From contig CAVYCN010000004.1 of NCBI GenBank assembly GCA_963767005.1, forward strand, positions 480,001 to 544,000: a stretch of DNA of 64,000 bases. Reading direction: 5' to 3'. The position numbers were made by a program, and so were the translations under genes. Of this stretch, positions 9,605 through 18,406 are shown one piece after another. The notes under the pieces were generated by a model. It saw only the letters and a list, made by a program, of their open reading frames with translations, was not told the origin of the DNA and searched no databases. How positions within the stretch are numbered: position 1 is the first letter of the stretch; each line of letters starts with the position of its first letter. The stretch is from an uncultured Actinomycetes bacterium (GTDB lineage: Bacteria; Actinomycetota; Thermoleophilia; UBA2241).

Positions 9605-11289
9605 GCCGGCGCCTCGGGCGGGTCGAGCGGGATGGTGACGGTGACCACCGTCCCCTTGCCCGCGACGCCGCTGATCTCGACCGTGCCGCCCCACGGGCGG
9701 GCGCGCTCGCGCATGCCCAGCAGCCCGAGCGCGTACGAGTCGGCGGCCTGGTCTGCGCCGATGCCGACGCCGTCGTCTTCGACCCTCAGGGAGACGGTGT
9801 CCGCGCGCCTCGTCAGCCGGACGCTGACCCTGGTGGCGTGGGCGTGGCGGATGACGTTGGTCAGCGCCTCCTGGCAGATGCGAAAGACGGCCGTGGAGCG
9901 CTCTCGCTCCAGGGTCAGCGGCCGCGGACGGGCGCTGAAGCTGAAGGCGAGGTCGGCGTGCCGGGCGACCTCCTGCGTCTGCCATTCGAGAGCGTCGGCC
10001 AGGCCCAGGTCGTCGAGCACCGCGGGCCGCAGCTCGGTGGCGATGCGCTTCACCGTCTGGAGGGCGCCGTCGACCAGCTCGGTCAGGGCCGCGGTCTTGT
10101 CGAGCAGCGCGCGCTCGTCGGCGTCCAGACGCTTCGCGATCCACGAAAGGTCGATCTTGAGCGCGGTGAGGCTCTGGCCGAGCTCGTCGTGGATCTCGCG
10201 CGCCAGCCTCGTCCTCTCGGTCTCACGGACCGACTCGAGAAAGCGGGAGAGCTCACGGAGCTGCTCCTGTGAGGCCCGCAGCTGCTCCTCGGTCTCCTTC
10301 GCCGCGGTGATGTCGGAGACGGCGTGAAAGTAGACACGGTGCCCGTCGGCGGTCAGCCTGCCGGTCGGGTAGATCGCCGATCGGACCCAGCGGCCCGTGG
10401 CGTGGTCGCGGACCTCGCGCTCGACCGCCTCGTCCGTGGCGGTGGCCTCTTCGAGCGGGCACCCGTACCAGGGCCCGTCGCAGCCGTGGATGGCGCGCGG
10501 ACAGTACTGGCCGACGACCTCCTCCGGCGTCAGCCCGAGCTGGCCCCGCACGGCGGCGTTCGCCTGCACGATGCGGTGCCGGTCGTCGACGAGCATCACG
10601 TAGAAGGGAAAGGCCTCGAGGACGTCCGCGGCGCTGAGGTCGTTCGCGAGCTGTCCGGCCGTGCTGTGTGCGCCGTCCGGCCGGTCTGCGTCTCTGTCGG
10701 CGGTAAGGGACGTGCCGCTGCCCTCCGGGTCCGCGCCGGGGCGACCGCGCTGGCCCTCCCGGCTTCGTGGCGTCTTCACATGATAGGACGTCGGCCTTCT
10801 CTGTCGAGGCCGGGGGAGCGGCTTGCGCGCTTCCCAGTAGTCGAGGCGCTGCTCCTCGCCGACGTCGATGGAGCGCTCCTCCACGACCTCGTAGCCGAGC
10901 GTCTCGTAGAAGCGTCGCGAGGGCAACGAGACGCTCAGGCTCACCTCGCCGTGACCGTCCGCCCGGGCCAGGCCCTCGAGCTCGGCCATGATGGCCCTGC
11001 CCCAGCCGCGTCCCTGGCTGGCAGGCAGCACGAACACCCCGAGGATCTCGTGGCCGACGATGCTGCCGGTGGCGATCGCCCGATCGCCCTCCTCGGCGAG
11101 CAGCGTCGCGCCGGACCGCAGCCGCTCGACGATCTGTTCCTCGCGGTGGAAGGTCTTGAAGAACTCGACGGCGCGGGGTGGGTAGGCGGCGGTGTAGCAG
11201 GCGTCGATCGTCTCGTGGATCAGACGCTGCAAGGCGGGCGCGTCGCGCTCCTCGGCCCGGCGGACGACCACTGTCTGCGATCCGTCCAC
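9598..11289 (-). CDS. Cytoplasmic sensor histidine kinase (PAS, HisKA_3, HATPase) with an in-frame N-terminal GNAT domain
   Basis: AREIHDELGQ H-box, QEALTNVIRHA, DDGVG and GLLGMRER; N-terminal FVLPASQGRGWG acetyl-CoA motif; GTG start after a purine-rich RBS. Confidence 0.88.
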   Translation of the reverse strand: MDGSQTVVVRRAEERDAPALQRLIHETIDACYTAAYPPRAVEFFKTFHREEQIVERLRSGATLLAEEGDRAIATGSIVGHEILGVFVLPASQGRGWGRAIMAELEGLARADGHGEVSLSVSLPSRRFYETLGYEVVEERSIDVGEEQRLDYWEARKPLPRPRQRRPTSYHVKTPRSREGQRGRPGADPEGSGTSLTADRDADRPDGAHSTAGQLANDLSAADVLEAFPFYVMLVDDRHRIVQANAAVRGQLGLTPEEVVGQYCPRAIHGCDGPWYGCPLEEATATDEAVEREVRDHATGRWVRSAIYPTGRLTADGHRVYFHAVSDITAAKETEEQLRASQEQLRELSRFLESVRETERTRLAREIHDELGQSLTALKIDLSWIAKRLDADERALLDKTAALTELVDGALQTVKRIATELRPAVLDDLGLADALEWQTQEVARHADLAFSFSARPRPLTLERERSTAVFRICQEALTNVIRHAHATRVSVRLTRRADTVSLRVEDDGVGIGADQAADSYALGLLGMRERARPWGGTVEISGVAGKGTVVTVTIPLDPPEAPAC

Positions 11290-11676
11290 GACCCCTTTCT
11301 CCTTGCTGCCCCTTCGTCTCGAACGGCGGCCCCGACCGAGGGGCCGCAGGCTCGGGGCCCGAAGCCTGACACACCACGTCCCGGCCGGCCAGCGTGGCCG
11401 CGTCACGCCCAGTGAGAACCGGGAGACCCCCGATGGATGGAACCGGTGGCCTCCCGGCGTCTAACCGATGACCGCGATCGACCGATACGTATCGTAGGAG
11501 GTGCGGTGAGTCGGGCGTCTTTCATCGGGGATGGGCTCGCAGGCGTGACGAACGCATACCCTGCGCGCGCCCTGACGCCGCTTGCCCTCACGGGACGGCG
11601 CGGCCGGGCTCGTGACGGCGCCTCAAAGGCGACGCGAGGAGACGACCGGGAGCGCGCCGACGTGTCGCGCGCGGCG

Positions 11677-12315
11677 ATGCCGGTCGCCACCGAGGTCGAC
11701 GACCGGACCGTGGCCGCCGCCCAGCGTCGCGACCGTGAGGCGTTCGCCGCCATCGTCGCCTGCTATCAGGACCGGCTCCGCATGCTCGCCTACCACCAGC
11801 TCCACGACCGGCACCTGGCCCAGGATGCCGTCCAGGACACCTTCATCAAGGCCTGGCGCGCGTTGCCGGGTTTTCGCCGTGGGGCCTCGGTGGGCACCTG
11901 GCTCTACCGCATCGCTTACACGACCTGTGTCGACTACGAGCGCCGGCGTGCACGGCGACCCGAGATCACCGGCGACGCCGACCTCCGAGCGTCGGTGTCA
12001 CGTGCGCCCGACGACGAGGCGCTCAGGCGCACCGAGCTCGCGCGGCTCCTGGCGGCGCTGCCTGCGGCCCAGCGGCTCACGGTGCTTCTGATCGACCGCG
12101 AAGGGCTCGACTACCGCACGGTCGCCCGGATCATGGCAGTCTCGCCGGGCACGGTCTGCTCGCGTTTGAGCCGGGCCCGCGGAGCCTTGCGACGCGCGCT
12201 CGGCGACGAGGTCGAGCGCTGCGGCGGCGTCGAGCGCTGCGGTGGGGTCGAGAGCATCGGCGACGAGGCCGAGCGTGACCACGGCGTGAGAGGGCAGGGG
12301 GTGACGGAACGATGA
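11677..12315 (+). CDS. ECF sigma factor
   Basis: AQDAVQDTFIKAW and TWLYRIA (region 2); GTVCSRLSRAR (region 4); start uncertain. Confidence 0.92.
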   Translation: MPVATEVDDRTVAAAQRRDREAFAAIVACYQDRLRMLAYHQLHDRHLAQDAVQDTFIKAWRALPGFRRGASVGTWLYRIAYTTCVDYERRRARRPEITGDADLRASVSRAPDDEALRRTELARLLAALPAAQRLTVLLIDREGLDYRTVARIMAVSPGTVCSRLSRARGALRRALGDEVERCGGVERCGGVESIGDEAERDHGVRGQGVTER

Positions 12316-14495
12316 AGGTCGAGCGCGACCCGAGACTGGCCGAGGCCCTGCGCCGCGATGTCGGCGCGCCGCCCTTCGATGACGGCTTCGCCGAGGGACT
12401 GTGGCGCCGCATCGACGAAGACGCCGCCGGCCGGCGGAAGGCCGGGCTGGCGGCGGTCCTCTCCGGGGTGCTGCGCGTTGGGTCGCGCCGCCGCTACCTG
12501 CTTGCGACAGCCGCCGCCGCGGCGGCGCTCGTCGTCGCCCTGGCGCTGACCGGCGTGCCGGGACTGGGCGGGACGCAGCCCGCGCCGGCGACGGCGGCGA
12601 TGCGCGTCGTCGCCGCGATGGACGCGGGACTCGCGCGCGTGCAGACCTTCCAGGGTACGATCGTCTTCGACGGTACGCCCGCCCAGCGGTCGCTCGGCGC
12701 CGGCTATCAGGCCGTCGCGCCCTTGCAAACGGCGAGCATCGTGCTCCGCGCGAACGGCGACAGCTACCTCGACGTGCGCTACGGGCCGGTCGGCGCGGCC
12801 GAGGTCGCGCAGATCCGCCACGAATACCGGCTGAAGCTGGCCTATTGGCGCCGCGTGCTGCCGGCCCACCCGAAGGGCTTGACCGCGGCCCAGATCACCC
12901 AAAAGAAGGCGCAGCGTCGCGACGACCTGTTGCTGCAGCGCTCGGTTACGGAGCGTTGCGTGTGCGTCAGCGATGAGACGGCGCACCGCCTGCAGATCAA
13001 GGAGTGGATGTACGACGTCTTCACCGGTCGCTTCCTCGGCATCCGCTACAAGTCCTGGCACGGGTTCGCCGGTGTGCGCGACCTTGGGCAAGCGGAGATC
13101 GGCATCGTGCTCTCGCTGGCGACGCAGGTGCGCTCGGCCCTGGCCGATCGCAGCCCCGACGTCGCGGTCAGCGACACGAGCTACGCGGGGCGGCCGGCCC
13201 AGCTCGTCGTCATGCGCCTGGGCGGCGGAGCCGTCTGGCGCGCCGTGGTCGACCGGACGTATGGCGTCGTGCTGTCCTTCCAGCGGGCCGCGGGATCGCC
13301 GGCGGGCGGCCCGCGGTTCGTCGCCTTCCACATCGTCGGCGCCGCGGTCAACGGGCCGGTCGCCGCCGCGCGGTTCGTGCTGCGGCCGGACTACCGCTAC
13401 ACGCCCGACGGCACCGCTACGGCGACCGGCGCGCCGGATCTGACCAAGTACAACGTCGACATCACGGACATCTCCTATATCGCGCCGTCCGAGCTGCGCC
13501 GGCGCGCTGAAGACGGGGCTCTGGCGCCCGCCTGGGCGCCGAGCGGCTACCGTCTGGCTGAGGTCGGCGTGAGCCCCTCGGAGGGGCCCGGCTGGACGAC
13601 GCTCATCTACCGCCGGGGCCTGAGCATGTTCAGCGTCGAGAGCGACGCCGGCACGGACTCGCGCTTCGACGTCTTCCACTGGGCCCAGCTACAGGGCCCG
13701 GTGCTTCAACTCCACGGCGGCGCGCTCTCAGGCTGGCCGGCCGAGACCACGACCCTGGGCCTGGCAGATGCCACGACCGCCTGGCCCGGCGACTGGGGCG
13801 AGGGGCTGCAGGCCGAGTACTGGGGGCGGTCGGTCGTGGTCGAGGGCGACCTGAGCCACGGCGAGCTGCTGCAGGTGGCGGACTCGCTGCGGCCGGTGAA
13901 CGGCAGGTCGCCTCACGCCGGGGGGCGCCTGACGGCACTGGCGGCGCTGATGGGATTCCTCGCCCTCGCGATCGCGACCGTCGCCATCCGGGCCATCCGT
14001 CGCCGCGTTCGGCCCGACCGGCACCTGTTGCTCGCCGTCGCCGGCTGCCTCGGCGTCGCCGCGGGCCTGGGCCTCGACTGGCACGCCATGGCCGGGGCGG
14101 GATCGCGCTTCGCCACGAGCGGCTGGAGTGAGACCCCCGGCCTGCTGTCGCTTGCCTGCGCTCTTGCGGCGCTGTGCGCAGCGGCCTGGCAGCCGGCCGC
14201 GAAGGGGCGGGTCAGGGAGGTTCTCGCCGGCCTGGTCGCGCCGCTCGCGACGCTCGCGCTTTGTGCCGTCGGCGGGGCGCTCGTCTACCTGCCCGCCAGC
14301 GCGCGCTTCACGACAGACACGGCGGGCCTGTCGGTGGTGCAGCAGTACGTGCTGGGCCGCTCGAGCGTGCCGACGCCGGGGCTGGGCATGCTGGTGTCGG
14401 CGGCCGGCGCCGTGCTGCTGCTGGCGAGCGCGCTGACCCTGCGCCGGCGGGCGGCGAGGGAGCGGGTCGGCATGCCGGACGGCGCGGCGAGCTGA
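12312..14495 (+). CDS. Putative anti-sigma membrane protein with large extracytoplasmic domain and C-terminal TM bundle
   Basis: ATGA overlap with the ECF stop; short cytoplasmic N-terminus, one TM, ~460-aa soluble region, then about 5 hydrophobic helices. Confidence 0.7.
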   Translation: MKVERDPRLAEALRRDVGAPPFDDGFAEGLWRRIDEDAAGRRKAGLAAVLSGVLRVGSRRRYLLATAAAAAALVVALALTGVPGLGGTQPAPATAAMRVVAAMDAGLARVQTFQGTIVFDGTPAQRSLGAGYQAVAPLQTASIVLRANGDSYLDVRYGPVGAAEVAQIRHEYRLKLAYWRRVLPAHPKGLTAAQITQKKAQRRDDLLLQRSVTERCVCVSDETAHRLQIKEWMYDVFTGRFLGIRYKSWHGFAGVRDLGQAEIGIVLSLATQVRSALADRSPDVAVSDTSYAGRPAQLVVMRLGGGAVWRAVVDRTYGVVLSFQRAAGSPAGGPRFVAFHIVGAAVNGPVAAARFVLRPDYRYTPDGTATATGAPDLTKYNVDITDISYIAPSELRRRAEDGALAPAWAPSGYRLAEVGVSPSEGPGWTTLIYRRGLSMFSVESDAGTDSRFDVFHWAQLQGPVLQLHGGALSGWPAETTTLGLADATTAWPGDWGEGLQAEYWGRSVVVEGDLSHGELLQVADSLRPVNGRSPHAGGRLTALAALMGFLALAIATVAIRAIRRRVRPDRHLLLAVAGCLGVAAGLGLDWHAMAGAGSRFATSGWSETPGLLSLACALAALCAAAWQPAAKGRVREVLAGLVAPLATLALCAVGGALVYLPASARFTTDTAGLSVVQQYVLGRSSVPTPGLGMLVSAAGAVLLLASALTLRRRAARERVGMPDGAAS

Positions 14496-14522
14496 GCGCG
14501 CCTGCGGCGCGCGGCTCGCCGC

Positions 14523-15842
14523 CTAGAAGGCGAGCCGCCCCTCGTCGACCGCCAGACGTCCGTTGGCGATGATGCAGCGGATGTTGGCGGCGTCGTAGAG
14601 GACGTCGGCGTCGGCCGTCGGGTCCTTTGTGACGATCAGCAGGTCGGCGGCCTTGCCCGGCTCGATCGTGCCGATGCGGTGCGCCATGCCGAGGGCCTGC
14701 GAGCCGACGCTCGTGGCGGCCGTGATCGCCTCGAGCGGCGTCATGCCGCCCTTGACCATCGCCCTGAGCTCACGCGCGCTGTACTCGCCGTGCGGGGTGA
14801 GCGGCGAGTAGACAGAGTCGGAGCCGAGCGCGATCTTCACGCCGAGCTCACGGGCCATCCTGAAGTTGTCGAACACGGCGCGCGCATAACCCGCGGCGGC
14901 GTCGGCGCTGAGCACCTCGTCGACGTCACGGTGCAGGAAGACCTCGGGCCGGACGTGCTCGACCGCGCCGTCGGCCGGCATGAAGTCGGTGTACCAGGTG
15001 GTGAGCAGCTCGAGGGTGGGCACGAGGATTGTGCCCCGCCGCACCATCTCGCGGCACAGCTCCTCGTCTAAGTCCTCGCCGTGCTCGATGGTGTCGACGC
15101 CGGCGCTGACGGAGTCGCGGATGGCGTCGCGGTTCTCGGCGTGCGACAGCACCAGCGTGCCGCGCTGCATGTGGGCCTCGTTCACGGCCGTGGTGATCTC
15201 CTCGAAAGTGTAGTGCTGGTCGCAGTTGCGGTCGTTTGCCCAGTTACCGCCGCCGCTCGCCCAGATCTTGATCTCGTCGGCGCCCTCGCGCAGCAGACGC
15301 CGCACCCACTTGCGGATCTCGTCGGGGCCATCGGCCAGCACGGCCCAGAAGTGATTGCGCACGACGTACTCCTCGTCGTACTGATAGGCGTCGCCGTGGC
15401 CGCCGGTGCGGCAGAGACCGGGCCCGCAGGCGATCACGCGCGGGCCCGGCAGTGAGCCGTCGCGAAAGACACGCTTGAGGTAGAGGCCGTTCCAGGAGAT
15501 GTCGCGCACCGACGTGAAGCCGCGCTTGAGGACGGCCTGCGCTTCGGCGACGGAGCGGATGGCGCGCACCAGCTTGGGCTCCATGAGGACGCCGAGCTCC
15601 TGCTCTTCGATGTCGCCGCGCCCGCCCGGCAGGTGGACGTGGGCGTCGATCAGGCCGGGCAACACGAAATGGCCGCTGCAATCGAGCTGCTGGAGGTCGC
15701 CCTCCGCACGGAACTCGCGCATGCCGGCGACGGTGACGATGTCGCCGCCATCGACCAGCACGGCCATGTCGTCGCGTGGGGCGCCGCCGAGCCCGTCGAT
15801 GACGGTGGCGTGCAGCAGGGCGTATCGATGCTCGAGGTTCAT
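14523..15842 (-). CDS. Metal-dependent amidohydrolase (prolidase/imidazolonepropionase-like)
   Basis: PGLIDAHVH, Lys in IKI, HAE, IEHG, GSD and GKAADL motifs. Confidence 0.92.
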   Translation of the reverse strand: MNLEHRYALLHATVIDGLGGAPRDDMAVLVDGGDIVTVAGMREFRAEGDLQQLDCSGHFVLPGLIDAHVHLPGGRGDIEEQELGVLMEPKLVRAIRSVAEAQAVLKRGFTSVRDISWNGLYLKRVFRDGSLPGPRVIACGPGLCRTGGHGDAYQYDEEYVVRNHFWAVLADGPDEIRKWVRRLLREGADEIKIWASGGGNWANDRNCDQHYTFEEITTAVNEAHMQRGTLVLSHAENRDAIRDSVSAGVDTIEHGEDLDEELCREMVRRGTILVPTLELLTTWYTDFMPADGAVEHVRPEVFLHRDVDEVLSADAAAGYARAVFDNFRMARELGVKIALGSDSVYSPLTPHGEYSARELRAMVKGGMTPLEAITAATSVGSQALGMAHRIGTIEPGKAADLLIVTKDPTADADVLYDAANIRCIIANGRLAVDEGRLAF

Positions 15843-15876
15843 CGGCGCTCCCTCCTTTCCCAGGGGGCTCCCTGGA

Positions 15877-17481
15877 TCAAAGCCGGGCGTGTCTCACCGC
15901 GCCCGCCGAGACGGTGAGACACACCGGCATGTCCTTGATGGCAGCGGGTTCGAGCCAGGGGTCGCCGTCGAGCACGACGACGTCGGCCGCCTTGCCTACG
16001 GCCAGGCTCCCCCGGACGTGCTCCTCGCGGCCGGCCCAGGCGCCGTTTACCGTGAACATCCTGACGGCCTCGTCCACGCTCACGCGGCGGCACGGGTTCG
16101 GGTTGTTGACCGCGCTGTGGATGCCGAGCAGCGGGTCGATCGGCGACACCGGGCTGTCCGACCCGCCGGCGACGACGATCCCCAGGGCGCAGAGGCGGGG
16201 GAAGGGCTCGGCCCGGCGGGCCCGCTCGGGGCCCCACAAGGTCTCGTAGAGGCTGTCGCCGGCGACGTCGCAGGTCCACGAGAAGGCGGGCTGCATGGAC
16301 AGCGCGAGGCCGAGCTCGACGGCCTGGTCGACGGCCCAATCGGTCGGCACGAGGAAGTGCTCGACGCGGTGCCGGCAGTCGGCGCGCGGGTTGGCGGCCA
16401 TGGCCCTGGCGTAGGCCGCGACCAGGGTGTCGACGGCCCGGTCGCCGATCGCGTGCATGGCGACCTGGAGCCCGGCGTCGTGCGCCTCGCGCACGAAGGC
16501 GTCGACCCGCTCCTCGGGGATGTACAGCTCGCCGGAGACGCTCGGCATGTCGCTGTACGGTTCGTAGAACAGGGCCGTGCGCTCGGGCCCGGCGCCGTCG
16601 ATCGTCAGACAACCGCCGATCCTTGGAAGGCCGAGGTGCACGACGCGCTCGACGTCCATCGTTTGGTACATGACGAGGGTGTGCAGCGGGAGCGTCGGGC
16701 CGACGCCGAGGAGGGCTTGCACGTCGCGGTCGTCGTCCATGAACTGGCCGTCGAGGCAGTGCAGCGTGGTGACCCCCTTCTCGAGGGCGTGCTCGGCAGC
16801 CGCGCGATACTGTCGCTCGAGGCGGGCCTTCGTCAGCGCGCCGTAGGCCTTGCGCGCCGTCCAGAAGTGGGCCGTGTCGGTCACGAAGTGGCCGGTCGGT
16901 CGACCCGTCAGCGGGTCGGTCTCGACGCCGTCGAGACCGGCGGGCGGCGCCAGCAGCGCCAGCCCTCTCGAGTTCGCCGCACTCGAGTGGAAGGTGTCGG
17001 CGGCGATGTAGACCGGATGGTCTCCGGACACCGCGTCGAGCTCCTCGGCGCAGGGCAGCCGGCCGACCGTCCAGGTCGGGTAGTTGAAACCGTAGACCCA
17101 CTCGCCGGCCGTGGTGCGCGCCGCCTGCTCGGCGATGCGGCGGCACGCCTCGCCGACGGTCCGCACGTCGTCGAGCTGGGCGCTCCGGTACGACGTGGCC
17201 GTCAGGAAGAAGTGGACGTGCGCGTCGACAAAGCCGGGCAGCACAGTGCGTCCGGCGAGATCGATCACCTCGGTCCGGGGGCCGCGCAGACGCTCGATCT
17301 CCGCGCCCGAGCCGATCGCCGCGATCACACCGTCCCTGGCGGCCAGAGCGTGGGCGCGTTCGCCGGGGATCGCCGCCGAGACGATCGCGCCGTTCAGCAG
17401 GATGAGGTCCGCCGGCGCGGCAGAGCCGGCTCCGGCGCTCGCAGTCCGGTTCGCCTCGTCGTCGCCCGTCGAGCGGCTCAC
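15877..17481 (-). CDS. Amidohydrolase 3 (YtcJ-like)
   Basis: PGFVDAHVH, HAIGDRA, RVEH, GGSDSPV and GKAAD motifs; GTG start overlaps the tetR stop. Confidence 0.92.
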   Translation of the reverse strand: MSRSTGDDEANRTASAGAGSAAPADLILLNGAIVSAAIPGERAHALAARDGVIAAIGSGAEIERLRGPRTEVIDLAGRTVLPGFVDAHVHFFLTATSYRSAQLDDVRTVGEACRRIAEQAARTTAGEWVYGFNYPTWTVGRLPCAEELDAVSGDHPVYIAADTFHSSAANSRGLALLAPPAGLDGVETDPLTGRPTGHFVTDTAHFWTARKAYGALTKARLERQYRAAAEHALEKGVTTLHCLDGQFMDDDRDVQALLGVGPTLPLHTLVMYQTMDVERVVHLGLPRIGGCLTIDGAGPERTALFYEPYSDMPSVSGELYIPEERVDAFVREAHDAGLQVAMHAIGDRAVDTLVAAYARAMAANPRADCRHRVEHFLVPTDWAVDQAVELGLALSMQPAFSWTCDVAGDSLYETLWGPERARRAEPFPRLCALGIVVAGGSDSPVSPIDPLLGIHSAVNNPNPCRRVSVDEAVRMFTVNGAWAGREEHVRGSLAVGKAADVVVLDGDPWLEPAAIKDMPVCLTVSAGAVRHARL

Positions 17482-18212
17482 CGGTCGTCGGCGGCGGCGC
17501 GCCGGGCGGCCGCCGCCTGGTCGGACCAGCGCTGGACGACGGGCGTGAGCACCTCGCGCCAGAGCTCGAAGCGGGCTGCGAGATCGAAGCCGCGCGGCCC
17601 CATCAGCTCGCGCTGCAGGGCGAAGCCCTCGAGCGCGCTGAGCATGAGCGACGCGATGACATCGGCCTCGTCGGCCGGCAGGCCCTCGAGGTCGAGGATG
17701 CGCAGGACCTCGCCGTAGTAGGAGTGCATGAGGGCGGCGAAGCGGGCGTGCAGCCGACGGTCCCTGACGAAGTGCGGGATGAGGTCGAACAGGGTGCGCC
17801 AGTACTCGGAGTCGCGCGCGGCCTTCACGTGGAAGTCGAGCAGGAAGCGCAAGCGCTCCTCGGACCCTGCGTGCGCCCCCAGGGAGGGGATGACCTCGGG
17901 CCGCAGGTCGAACAGCATCGCGTCGGTCAGCGCCGTGATCAGGCCGGCCTTGTCGCCGAAGTGGTAGATGACGGTCGACTTGTGCTCGCCCGCCATCGTG
18001 GCGACGGCGCCCACCGACAGCGCCTCGAAGCCATCGCGCCGCAGGAGCTTGCGCGCCGCCTCGAGGATGGAGCGCGCCGTGTCGCTCATGTGTTCGACGG
18101 GGTTGATGAGAGGCGAGCCGGCGGCCCCGGGGGACTGCGGCCCGTCGTCTTTGGCGGGGCCGCGCCTGCCGGCCGGGGCTCCGTCGCGTCGTGCCCTGGG
18201 TGCCACGGTCAT
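17478..18212 (-). CDS. TetR-family regulator
   Basis: ILEAARKLL..GF..LSV..VA..AG..KST..YHFGDK HTH; start ATG 18212 or 18089. Confidence 0.92.
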   Translation of the reverse strand: MTVAPRARRDGAPAGRRGPAKDDGPQSPGAAGSPLINPVEHMSDTARSILEAARKLLRRDGFEALSVGAVATMAGEHKSTVIYHFGDKAGLITALTDAMLFDLRPEVIPSLGAHAGSEERLRFLLDFHVKAARDSEYWRTLFDLIPHFVRDRRLHARFAALMHSYYGEVLRILDLEGLPADEADVIASLMLSALEGFALQRELMGPRGFDLAARFELWREVLTPVVQRWSDQAAAARRAAADDR

Positions 18213-18250
18213 CTCCGATCGCCGGTCGCAAGCAGCGTCATCGCTGACGG

Positions 18251-18341
18251 AGTATATACCGAACGTTCGATAGGACAATCCTTGACATCCCCCCCGACCA
18301 GCATAGGATTCGCGGCGAGTCACCCTACCGAACGTTCGAAA
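18251..18341. promoter_or_regulatory. Divergent sigma70-type promoters with two palindromic operators
   Basis: TACCGAACGTTCGA at 18257 and 18326; plus strand TTGACA (18282)-N16-TAGGAT (18304); minus strand TTGTCC-N16-TATACT. Confidence 0.75.
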
Positions 18342-18406
18342 GAACGAAGGCGGCTCCGTCGTGGCACGTAGGCGGGCCGCAACCACCGAATCAGGGGGAA
18401 GGGGAC

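Noticed and set aside
11439-11463. GGAACC...CGTCTA as an autoregulated ECF promoter
   Set aside because: The spacer of about 13 bp is shorter than usual for ECF promoters.
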